Positions 29,746-37,366 of a stretch of DNA of 64,000 nucleotides are shown here, piece by piece. The notes beneath the pieces were generated by a model. The model worked only from the letters and a program-made list of their open reading frames with translations, ran no database searches and was not told the origin of the DNA. A program made the position numbers and the translations under genes. Each line of letters opens with the position of its first letter. Within the stretch, counting starts at the first letter, position 1. The stretch lies in contig CALSPG010000005.1 in assembly GCA_943788175.1 (NCBI GenBank), positions 192,001-256,000 of the forward strand, given 5' to 3'. Source of the DNA: an uncultured bacterium. GTDB lineage: Bacteria > Fidelibacterota > Marinisomatia > Marinisomatales > UBA1611.

Positions 29746-30113
29746 CAATTAATCTCTCCAGTTGATGTATTGTATCCCCAGGTTAATTCACTGCCATCAT
29801 TTCTAGTATGTCGAATATTCCCGTTGCTAAACCACCAGCCTTTTGAAAATAGAAGATCATTTTTACTTTTTGTATCTAATGCATCAAACGGGTTTAACGG
29901 GTAACTCTTTACTGAGTTTAAAACTACTTGATCCATTGCGTAAACTTCTATAGCTGAGCTGAGACTTCCAATGACTGCTTCTTCAGCAGCTTCTTCAGAA
30001 GAATCAATTGTATTCCCTAACCTTGGAACTGCTACGGCAGCTAAGACACCTAAGATTACCATGATAATTACTAATTCTATTAGCGTAAAACCGCTGTTTA
30101 AGTTTTTCTTCAT
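29745..30113 (-). CDS. Type IV pilin (class D)
   Basis: MKKNLNSG|FTLIELVII...VPRLGNTIDSSE; TAATG overlap. Confidence 0.9.
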   Translation of the reverse strand: MKKNLNSGFTLIELVIIMVILGVLAAVAVPRLGNTIDSSEEAAEEAVIGSLSSAIEVYAMDQVVLNSVKSYPLNPFDALDTKSKNDLLFSKGWWFSNGNIRHTRNDGSELTWGYNTSTGEIN

Positions 30114-30502
30114 TATTGCGTGTATCCGAACTGAATTTCGCCATTATCAGAGTTATAGCTCCAGAATGATCTCGATCCATCATTTCTGACATGATTTATG
30201 CCGTCATTACCAAATCCGCCTATTTGCCAATTATTGTTATATAAATCATTTTTGCTCTTATCGTCAAGTGCCTCAAATGGGTTATCAGGATAACTTTTGT
30301 TTGAATTATTTACAACTTGGTCCATTGCATAGACTTCTAAAGCAGATCTTAGGTTTCCAATGACTGCTTCTTCAGCTGATTGTTCAGAAGAATCAATTGT
30401 ATTCCCTAACCTTGGAACTGCTACAGCAGCTAAAACACCTAAGATTACCATGATTATTACTAGTTCTATTAGTGTAAAACCACTATTTAAATTTTTCTTC
30501 AT
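30113..30502 (-). CDS. Type IV pilin (class D)
   Basis: MKKNLNSG|FTLIELVII...VPRLGNTIDSSE. Confidence 0.9.
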   Translation of the reverse strand: MKKNLNSGFTLIELVIIMVILGVLAAVAVPRLGNTIDSSEQSAEEAVIGNLRSALEVYAMDQVVNNSNKSYPDNPFEALDDKSKNDLYNNNWQIGGFGNDGINHVRNDGSRSFWSYNSDNGEIQFGYTQ

Positions 30503-30529
30503 TTTTAAATCTTATTATGTAGTTTTTAA

Positions 30530-30994
30530 TTATAATTCTTGTCTGTTTCCAAGAGAACCAATACTAGCATTGTCACCAGCCTGAACCCCTCTATCATAAT
30601 TCCAAAAATATCTAGAATTATCAGCACGTTGATGCGTTATTCTAGAGTTATTCATATCGAAAGTCCACTCACCATCCTGATCAGCAACACCATCAAGTTG
30701 CCCTATCTCAGATTCGTTTCCATTGTCGTTCGAATCATACCCAACTGGCAACTCTGAAAGAGCATCAAAAGGGTTTGTCGGCCAAATGGCTCTACCTTCA
30801 CTATATAGCTTATTATTTGCATATTGCTTTAAGCCAGATTTTATGCTGCTTATTACAGCATTTTCTGCAGATTCTTCTGCATTAGAAATACTATCTAGGT
30901 ATCTTGGAACCGCTACGGCCGCCATGATTCCAAGAATAACCATTACAATGATTAACTCGATCAGTGTAAAACCTTTATTATACTTGTTCTTCAT
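30530..30994 (-). CDS. Type IV pilin (class B, YLDSISNAE)
   Basis: KG|FTLIELIIV...VPRYLDSISNAE; WPTNPF; HQRADNSR. Confidence 0.9.
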   Translation of the reverse strand: MKNKYNKGFTLIELIIVMVILGIMAAVAVPRYLDSISNAEESAENAVISSIKSGLKQYANNKLYSEGRAIWPTNPFDALSELPVGYDSNDNGNESEIGQLDGVADQDGEWTFDMNNSRITHQRADNSRYFWNYDRGVQAGDNASIGSLGNRQEL

Positions 30995-31019
30995 AATCAG
31001 ACTCCTTTTTAAACTCTAT

Positions 31020-31508
31020 TTATTGGGCTAAATCGCCTTTAAATATTTTAGTGAAAGGTAAATAGGGTGAATCTCCATGACTTATAGCACCATTAGCGGG
31101 GTCATAAATCCAAACAGATAGACTATCTTCAACACGCCTGTGCACAATTGCATTTGCTAAAGATATGTTGCCAAATGTTCTTTCTGTCTGGCCTGTAAAA
31201 ATCCATTCACCACCAACCAAACTAGTCATGTCAGTATTGGTACTATCGTATTCAAAAGAGATAGATGTTAGTACGCTGAAAGGGTTCTCAGGCCAAGATT
31301 TAATTCCTGTATCCATAAACTCTTCCATTGCCCATGTTTCTAAACCTTCGACAACTTGTGTTATAATACCTTGCTCAGATGCTGCTTCGCCCTGCCTAAT
31401 GACAACAGCAAACCTAGGTATTGAAACTGCTGCTAGAATACCAATAATGATAATAACCATTATTAATTCTATTAAAGTAAAACCATTTTTATTTGTTGAA
31501 TTCATCAT
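31020..31508 (-). CDS. Type IV pilin (class E)
   Basis: NG|FTLIELIMV...IPRF; WPENPF. Confidence 0.9.
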   Translation of the reverse strand: MMNSTNKNGFTLIELIMVIIIIGILAAVSIPRFAVVIRQGEAASEQGIITQVVEGLETWAMEEFMDTGIKSWPENPFSVLTSISFEYDSTNTDMTSLVGGEWIFTGQTERTFGNISLANAIVHRRVEDSLSVWIYDPANGAISHGDSPYLPFTKIFKGDLAQ

Positions 31509-31533
31509 TTACTCCTATTAATTCTTATAGTTT

Positions 31534-31971
31534 TTATTGCGCAATTGCAGTTCTATTACCCAGCGTACCAATTTTAGCGTCATCTCCGCCACCTTGTGTA
31601 CCTGGCTCATAAGACCACTCAAATCTGCTATTATCCGCTCTCTGATGTGTGATCCTGCCACTACTAAAAGTCCATTCGCCATCAGTATCTGCATCAGTTA
31701 CGTCTGTTGAGTAACCAGCTGGTTTTTCTGAAAGAGCATCAAAAGGGTTCGTAGGCCACTCTGCTCTACCGCTCTCATATAGAGAGTTATTAGCATATTG
31801 TGCAAGGCCTGATCTGACACTAGAGATCATAGCGTCTTCTGCAGATTCTTCTGCATTAGAGATGCTGTCTAAATATCTTGGTACAGCTACTGCTGCCATG
31901 ATTCCGAGTATGACCATTACAATGATTAACTCAATTAATGTAAAACCGTTGTGCGATGTTACTTTTTTCAT
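31534..31971 (-). CDS. Type IV pilin (class B), first gene of unit 4
   Basis: NG|FTLIELIIV...YLDSISNAE; the mature part is nearly identical to 34855..35310. Confidence 0.9.
   Translation of the reverse strand: MKKVTSHNGFTLIELIIVMVILGIMAAVAVPRYLDSISNAEESAEDAMISSVRSGLAQYANNSLYESGRAEWPTNPFDALSEKPAGYSTDVTDADTDGEWTFSSGRITHQRADNSRFEWSYEPGTQGGGDDAKIGTLGNRTAIAQ
31544..31947. repeat. ~404 bp near-identical direct repeat of 34883..35286
   Basis: Direct comparison at offset 3339; I saw three mismatches, and the flanks differ. Confidence 0.85.
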
Positions 31972-32113
31972 ATTATTACCACTTTCTTTTATTTTATTAC
32001 CACATTCATTTTAGAAATATGGAACTGTTTAATTTTCAATTCTTATTTTTTGAGGTGCCTCTAGTCGAGAGAAACTTCAAAACCTGTAAACTTTTTAACT
32101 AACACTCTAATAA

Positions 32114-32129
32114 TACAACTACTGTGCCA
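32114..32129 (-). promoter_or_regulatory. Sigma-54 (-24/-12) promoter of pilin unit 4
   Basis: The minus strand reads TGGCACAGTAGTTGTA versus the consensus TGGCACG-N4-TTGCW. Confidence 0.75.
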
Positions 32130-32216
32130 AACCACTAAACAATTAAAATTTTTATTTACAACCCTCTGAAAATAATTTTTTACGATGTTTATAATTTTTA
32201 ACTGTAACATTATGAA

Positions 32217-32253
32217 TGTCCATTTTTGTTACACTGTGTAAAGTTTGATGACA
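32217..32253. promoter_or_regulatory. Two TGT-N11-ACA putative enhancer (bEBP) sites
   Basis: TGTCCATTTTTGTTACA (32217-32233) and TGTAAAGTTTGATGACA (32237-32253), starting 88 and 108 bp from the promoter edge. Confidence 0.7.
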
Positions 32254-32274
32254 CCGCTTTTAACCTATAAACGT

Positions 32275-32309
32275 AAAAACGGGTGAATCTTTTTAGACCC
32301 GCCCGTTCT
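32275..32309 (-). terminator. Probable intrinsic terminator of pilin unit 3
   Basis: Imperfect hairpin AAAAACGGGTG...CGCCCGTT, with a T-run on the minus strand. Confidence 0.55.
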
Positions 32310-32346
32310 ATACACGATGTAAATATGCCTTTAAATAACTATTTTA

Positions 32347-32862
32347 TTACTGTGAGCAATCGCATTCCTCAACTGGATATTCAGAGGACCACCACCCGTC
32401 TGGGATGTTTTCAAAAGAACCATATTGATTAAGATCATAACAATAAGAAGCACACCAATCATGATCAACATAAACGGGAGCACTACTAACACCACCAGAA
32501 CTTAATTCCCCAGTTGTTGAGTTATAGGTCCAGTTAGCCGAACTGTTATTATTTCTAAGGTGGAATATTGATGTCCCGTCATAACTCCAGGATGTTCCAG
32601 TAAGTTTTATCCTACTTTTATTGTCCAGAGCATCAAAAGGATTAGTAGGGTAGCTTTTATTTGAATTAGTAACAACTTGGTCCATTGCATAGACTTCTAA
32701 AGCAGACCTTAAGTTTCCTATTACTGCATCTTCAGCTGATTGCTCAGAAGAGTCAATTGTATTTCCTAATCTTGGAACCGCTACGGCTGCTAAAACGCCT
32801 AAGATTACCATGATTATTACAAGTTCTATAAGCGTAAAACCACTGTTTAAGTTTTTCTTCAT
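32347..32862 (-). CDS. Type IV pilin (class D) with a Cys-rich C-terminal extension
   Basis: MKKNLNSG|FTLIEL...; tail WCASYC...EECDCSQ. Confidence 0.9.
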   Translation of the reverse strand: MKKNLNSGFTLIELVIIMVILGVLAAVAVPRLGNTIDSSEQSAEDAVIGNLRSALEVYAMDQVVTNSNKSYPTNPFDALDNKSRIKLTGTSWSYDGTSIFHLRNNNSSANWTYNSTTGELSSGGVSSAPVYVDHDWCASYCYDLNQYGSFENIPDGWWSSEYPVEECDCSQ

Positions 32863-32887
32863 AGTCGAACCCTAATGTCTACTTTTT

Positions 32888-33334
32888 TTATTCAAGTTCT
32901 TGTCTTGGCTCTAAATATCCAGGCACTGCATTGTCGCCAACCTGTGTCCCAGCCATATAATTCCAGTTATACCTACTATTATCTGCTCTTTGGTGTGTAA
33001 TTTGTCCATTAACTTCATCATAACTAATAAAAGTCCATTCGCCATCAGTGTCCGCTATATCTCCATCTTCAGTATAGCCAGCTGGCTTTTCTGATAATGC
33101 ATCAAAAGGGTTTGAAGGCCAACTTGCCCTGCCGTTAGTATATAATGAGTCATTAGCGGCTTGCTTAAGCCCTGATCTAATTGCTGAGATCACAGCATCT
33201 TCTGCAGATTTTTCTGCATTAGAGATGCTGTCTAAATATCTTGGTACAGCTACTGCTGCCATGATTCCGAGTATGACCATTACAATGATTAACTCAATTA
33301 ATGTAAAACCATTCTTTTTGTTCATTCTCTTCAT
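32888..33334 (-). CDS. Type IV pilin (class B), apparently chimeric
   Basis: The 5' part is near-identical in DNA to 34855..35310; the 3' part diverges. Confidence 0.9.
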   Translation of the reverse strand: MKRMNKKNGFTLIELIIVMVILGIMAAVAVPRYLDSISNAEKSAEDAVISAIRSGLKQAANDSLYTNGRASWPSNPFDALSEKPAGYTEDGDIADTDGEWTFISYDEVNGQITHQRADNSRYNWNYMAGTQVGDNAVPGYLEPRQELE

Positions 33335-33848
33335 GATGTTTCCTTTTTTTAATTGTTATAAATTTTATTTAAAAAGTATTTCAGAACCGCCAGTTCCTAG
33401 ATCTGAACGCTCATAGAGTGTTCCTGTTACGTCATTGTCAGTACCTGTATTTATACCTTTATTATAACTCCATTGAAAACGAGAGTTATCCGCTCTTTGA
33501 TGTGAGATGTAACCGGTAAAAGCGCCATCACTCGCGTCAACAACAAAAGTCCATTCGTTATCTTCATCACATGGCGTACCATCTTGTGAGTACGACTGTG
33601 GTTTTGTAACTAAGGCATCAAAAGGGTTGCTCGGCCAATAGCGTCTACCTTCAGACAACATTTTATTTTGAGCATAATTTTCTAACGCAACAACTATAGT
33701 GTTAACAACAGCATCTTCAGATGCAACTTCTGATTTTTGAATTGTCTCAAGATATCTTGGGATCGCTACTGCAGCCATAATTCCTAAGATAATCATGACC
33801 ATGATCAATTCGATTAATGTAAATCCGTTCTTTTTATTTGTTTTCATT
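33198..33848. repeat. ~650 bp near-identical direct repeat of 35174..35824
   Basis: Offset 1976; a few SNPs, including a cluster near 33695-33710 (NTIVV versus NNIVV). Confidence 0.85.
33365..33847 (-). CDS. Type IV pilin (class C)
   Basis: MKTNKKNG|FTLIELIMV...YLETIQKSE; differs from 35341..35823 by one residue. Confidence 0.9.
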   Translation of the reverse strand: MKTNKKNGFTLIELIMVMIILGIMAAVAIPRYLETIQKSEVASEDAVVNTIVVALENYAQNKMLSEGRRYWPSNPFDALVTKPQSYSQDGTPCDEDNEWTFVVDASDGAFTGYISHQRADNSRFQWSYNKGINTGTDNDVTGTLYERSDLGTGGSEILFK

Positions 33849-33872
33849 TTGTACTCCTATTAATTCTTGTAT

Positions 33873-34604
33873 TTAGTTAAAGCTCTTTATTGTGTGGTAT
33901 TTTGATGGATTGTACGCATCTGCGATAACCATAATGGGGCCACAATCATTACACTGTCTTGTTTTTAAAGAACCATCAACGTCATCGTAATAATATTTTG
34001 TACCACCAGGGATAACAGCAAAAACGTAATGTCCTTGTCTATAGGGGCTTTTAATTGCGCCCTCATCCTTTGATAAATATGCTTTAAACTCATCATGGGC
34101 AAACTGTGTACCTAAGTTTTCATCTGTAACACCACCTAGATAGTTATCGTCGACAACATTTGTCCCAAAAACAGATCTCCATTTAGGTCCAGGGTGACCA
34201 GCGCCGCTAGCGCCTGAATAAGCAGCCCAGCGACTGTAAGACGCCTCTGTCTGAACGCTGCCATCATCTGAATAGACAGGTGTTAAATCCGCCATTAATT
34301 CATCTAAATTGGAATAGCCACCTACTTGAACATCATACTTTGCTTGTCCCGGTAAGCGACCTTGACCTTCTCCAAGACGATTTGTAGTGGAGTAAGGTGC
34401 AGAAGTATTCATAAAAAACTGATTGACCATGCCACCGATTTTGTCCAGGTTTTGCTTTGTTTGATTTGCTTTACCAGCATCACCTACACCAGAAAAACGA
34501 GGGGCAGCTGTTGTGGCAAGTGTCGCCATCATTGCTGCAGTGACAGCAAACTCAGCAAGTGAGTTGCCTTTGTTGTTTCTTAGCTTATTAAACAATCGTT
34601 TCAT
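33873..34604 (-). CDS. Atypical long type IV pilin (class A, G|NSLAE)
   Basis: KG|NSLAEFAVTAAMMATLATTAAPRF with E5 and P22 conserved. ATG 34604 has an RBS; the ORF track starts at 34631. Confidence 0.8.
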   Translation of the reverse strand: MKRLFNKLRNNKGNSLAEFAVTAAMMATLATTAAPRFSGVGDAGKANQTKQNLDKIGGMVNQFFMNTSAPYSTTNRLGEGQGRLPGQAKYDVQVGGYSNLDELMADLTPVYSDDGSVQTEASYSRWAAYSGASGAGHPGPKWRSVFGTNVVDDNYLGGVTDENLGTQFAHDEFKAYLSKDEGAIKSPYRQGHYVFAVIPGGTKYYYDDVDGSLKTRQCNDCGPIMVIADAYNPSKYHTIKSFN

Positions 34605-34645
34605 TTTAATTACCTTGTTAAATTTTTTCATAGTTACTTATATAT

Positions 34646-34661
34646 AACAAACGGCGTGCCA
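34646..34661 (-). promoter_or_regulatory. Sigma-54 promoter of pilin unit 3
   Basis: Minus strand TGGCACGCCGTTTGTT. Confidence 0.75.
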
Positions 34662-34749
34662 AAAATGACAAAAAATCAAAAAATAATGTTTTTATAGAGG
34701 ATAAATAATTTTAAATAAATTTAGAAGGGAAGAGGGGGAGAAGCAAAAA

Positions 34750-34786
34750 AGTGAAGATTGTTTACAAATTGTAAACTTTTGTTACA
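34750..34786. promoter_or_regulatory. TGT-N11-ACA putative enhancer pair
   Basis: AGTGAAGATTGTTTACA (34750, degenerate) and TGTAAACTTTTGTTACA (34770), 89 and 109 bp from the promoter edge. Confidence 0.7.
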
Positions 34787-34796
34787 GAGTGTACAT

Positions 34797-34830
34797 AAAA
34801 GAGCATCCTTAATTAAGTGGATGCTCTTTT
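34797..34830 (-). terminator. Intrinsic terminator of pilin unit 2
   Basis: AAAAGAGCATCC-N10-GGATGCTCTTTT. Confidence 0.8.
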
Positions 34831-34854
34831 ATTAACTATGAATGAATAATTGCT

Positions 34855-35310
34855 TTATTCTGGTTGTTGTCCCTGTTGTCCTATTGCAGTTCTATTACCC
34901 AGCGTACCAATTTTAGCGTCATCTCCGCCACCTTGTGTACCTGGCTCATAAGACCACTCAAATCTGCTATTATCGGCTCTCTGATGTGTGATCCTGCCAC
35001 TACTAAAAGTCCATTCGCCATCAGTATCTGCATCAGTTACGTCTGTTGAGTAACCAGCTGGTTTTTCTGAAAGAGCATCAAAAGGGTTCGTAGGCCACTC
35101 TGCTCTACCGCTATCATATAGAGAGTTGTTAGCATATTGTGCAAGGCCTGATCTGACACTAGAGATCATAGCGTCTTCTGCAGATTCTTCTGCATTAGAG
35201 ATGCTGTCTAAATATCTTGGTACAGCTACTGCTGCCATGATTCCGAGTATGACCATTACAATGATTAACTCAATTAATGTAAAACCATTCTTTTTGTTCA
35301 TTTTCTTCAT
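34855..35310 (-). CDS. Type IV pilin (class B)
   Basis: NG|FTLIELIIV...YLDSISNAE. Confidence 0.9.
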   Translation of the reverse strand: MKKMNKKNGFTLIELIIVMVILGIMAAVAVPRYLDSISNAEESAEDAMISSVRSGLAQYANNSLYDSGRAEWPTNPFDALSEKPAGYSTDVTDADTDGEWTFSSGRITHQRADNSRFEWSYEPGTQGGGDDAKIGTLGNRTAIGQQGQQPE

Positions 35311-35340
35311 GATGTTTCCTTTTTTTAATTGTTATAAATT

Positions 35341-35823
35341 TTATTTAAAAAGTATTTCAGAACCGCCAGTTCCTAGATCTGAACGCTCATAGAGTGTTCC
35401 TGTTACGTCATTGTCAGTACCTGTATTTATACCTTTATTATAACTCCATTGAAAACGAGAGTTATCCGCTCTTTGATGTGAGATGTAACCGGTAAAAGCG
35501 CCATCACTCGCGTCAACAACAAAAGTCCATTCGTTATCTTCATCACATGGCGTACCATCTTGTGAGTACGACTGTGGTTTTGTAACTAAGGCATCAAAAG
35601 GGTTGCTCGGCCAATAGCGTCTACCTTCAGACAACATTTTATTTTGAGCATAATTTTCTAACGCAACAACAATGTTATTGACGACAGCATCTTCAGATGC
35701 AACTTCTGATTTTTGAATTGTCTCAAGATATCTTGGGATCGCTACTGCAGCCATAATTCCTAAGATAATCATGACCATGATCAATTCGATTAATGTAAAT
35801 CCGTTCTTTTTATTTGTTTTCAT
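35341..35823 (-). CDS. Type IV pilin (class C)
   Basis: MKTNKKNG|FTLIEL; ATG 35823 follows the RBS ggaggaag. Confidence 0.9.
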   Translation of the reverse strand: MKTNKKNGFTLIELIMVMIILGIMAAVAIPRYLETIQKSEVASEDAVVNNIVVALENYAQNKMLSEGRRYWPSNPFDALVTKPQSYSQDGTPCDEDNEWTFVVDASDGAFTGYISHQRADNSRFQWSYNKGINTGTDNDVTGTLYERSDLGTGGSEILFK

Positions 35824-35864
35824 TACTTCCTCCAAAAGGCTTTTATTCTATTAAATGTTAAATA

Positions 35865-36329
35865 TTATAATTCTTGACGATTGCTAAGAGTTCCAACAGC
35901 AGCTGCATCGCCAGTTTGCTGACCTTTATCGTAAGCCCAATAAAAGCGAGAGTTGTCAGCGCGCTGATGCGTAATTCGAGAATTACCATAATCAAAAGTC
36001 CATTCACCATCGTCATCTGCTATTCCATCAAGCTGTTCAACTCCTGATTCCATACCATTATCATTAGCATTATATCCTGCAGGTGCTTCACTTAAAACCT
36101 CAAAAGGGTTATCAGGCCAGGTAGCTCTTCCTTCTTTAAAAAGTGAATTACTAGCGTGTTGCTTTAAACCATTTTTTATGGCAGTTATTACTGCATCCTC
36201 AGAAGATTGTTCTGCATTAGAAATGCTATCAAGGTATTTTGGTACAGCTACTGCAGACATTACACCTAAAATGACCATAACGATGATCAATTCGATTAAT
36301 GTAAATCCGTTCTTTTTATTTGTTTTCAT
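35865..36329 (-). CDS. Type IV pilin (class B)
   Basis: MKTNKKNG|FTLIELIIV...KYLDSISNAE. Confidence 0.9.
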   Translation of the reverse strand: MKTNKKNGFTLIELIIVMVILGVMSAVAVPKYLDSISNAEQSSEDAVITAIKNGLKQHASNSLFKEGRATWPDNPFEVLSEAPAGYNANDNGMESGVEQLDGIADDDGEWTFDYGNSRITHQRADNSRFYWAYDKGQQTGDAAAVGTLSNRQEL

Positions 36330-36354
36330 TTTGTACTCCTATTAATTCTTGTAT

Positions 36355-37086
36355 TTAGTTAAAGCTCTTTATTGTGTGGTATTTTGATGGATTGTACGCA
36401 TCTGCGATAACCATAATGGGGCCACAATCATTACACTGTCTTGTTTTTAAAGAACCATCAACGTCATCGTAATAATATTTTGTACCACCAGGGATAACAG
36501 CAAAAACGTAATGTCCTTGTCTATAGGGGCTTTTAATTGCGCCCTCATCCTTTGATAAATATGCTTTAAACTCATCATGGGCAAACTGTGTACCTAAGTT
36601 TTCATCTGTAACACCACCTAGATAGTTATCGTCGACAACATTTGTCCCAAAAACAGATCTCCATTTAGGTCCAGGGTGACCAGCGCCGCTAGCGCCTGAA
36701 TAAGCAGCCCAGCGACTGTAAGACGCCTCTGTCTGAACGCTGCCATCATCTGAATAGACAGGTGTTAAATCCGCCATTAATTCATCTAAATTGGAATAGC
36801 CACCTACTTGAACATCATACTTTGCTTGTCCCGGTAAGCGACCTTGACCTTCTCCAAGACGATTTGTAGTGGAGTAAGGTGCAGAAGTATTCATAAAAAA
36901 CTGATTGACCATGCCACCGATTTTGTCCAGGTTTTGCTTTGTTTGATTTGCTTTACCAGCATCACCTACACCAGAAAAACGAGGGGCAGCTGTTGTGGCA
37001 AGTGTCGCCATCATTGCTGCAGTGACAGCAAACTCAGCAAGTGAGTTGCCTTTGTTGTTTCTTAGCTTATTAAACAATCGTTTCAT
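36355..37086 (-). CDS. Atypical long type IV pilin (class A), identical to 33873..34604
   Basis: Identical translation; the ORF track starts at 37113. Confidence 0.8.
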   Translation of the reverse strand: MKRLFNKLRNNKGNSLAEFAVTAAMMATLATTAAPRFSGVGDAGKANQTKQNLDKIGGMVNQFFMNTSAPYSTTNRLGEGQGRLPGQAKYDVQVGGYSNLDELMADLTPVYSDDGSVQTEASYSRWAAYSGASGAGHPGPKWRSVFGTNVVDDNYLGGVTDENLGTQFAHDEFKAYLSKDEGAIKSPYRQGHYVFAVIPGGTKYYYDDVDGSLKTRQCNDCGPIMVIADAYNPSKYHTIKSFN

Positions 37087-37127
37087 TTTAATTACCTTGT
37101 TAAATTTTTTCATAGTTACTTATATAT

Positions 37128-37143
37128 AACAAACGGCGTGCCA
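37128..37143 (-). promoter_or_regulatory. Sigma-54 promoter of pilin unit 2
   Basis: Minus strand TGGCACGCCGTTTGTT. Confidence 0.75.
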
Positions 37144-37231
37144 AAAATGACAAAAAATCAAAAAATAATGTTTTTATAGAGGATAAATAATTTTAAATAA
37201 ATTTAGAAGGGAAGAGGGGGAGAAGCAAAAA

Positions 37232-37294
37232 AGTGAAGATTGTTTACAAATTGTAAACTTTTGTTACAGAGTGTACATGTAATTTTTTGATACA
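37232..37294. promoter_or_regulatory. Three TGT-N11-ACA-like putative enhancer sites
   Basis: A degenerate site at 37232, TGTAAACTTTTGTTACA at 37252 and TGTAATTTTTTGATACA at 37278. Confidence 0.7.
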
Positions 37295-37315
37295 AATTAA
37301 TAAGTTATATACAAT

Positions 37316-37342
37316 AAAAAAGCCCTGACTCATCAGGGCTTT
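37316..37342 (-). terminator. Intrinsic terminator of pilin unit 1
   Basis: AAAGCCCTGA-CTCA-TCAGGGCTTT, with a T6 run on the minus strand. Confidence 0.8.
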
Positions 37343-37366
37343 AAAATAATATTATTGATTAATAAA

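Larger units (their letters stand above)
33801..34796. repeat. 996 bp direct repeat of 36283..37278 (long pilin, promoter and enhancer)
   Basis: Offset 2482; identical translations, and no mismatch seen by eye. Confidence 0.9.
36283..37278. repeat. 996 bp direct repeat of 33801..34796
   Basis: Same comparison as the partner copy, offset 2482. Confidence 0.9.

Noticed and set aside
27872-36329. Electrically conductive pili
   Set aside because: The heads are aromatic-rich, but class D has no aromatic residue between F1 and about Y50, and class B lacks the Y27 equivalent. No cytochrome genes are nearby.
31544-37278. Diversity-generating retroelement (TR/VR pair) as the explanation for the near-identical repeats
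   Set aside because: There is no reverse transcriptase in the window, the repeats cover whole genes and promoters, and the mismatches are few and not evidently adenine-specific.
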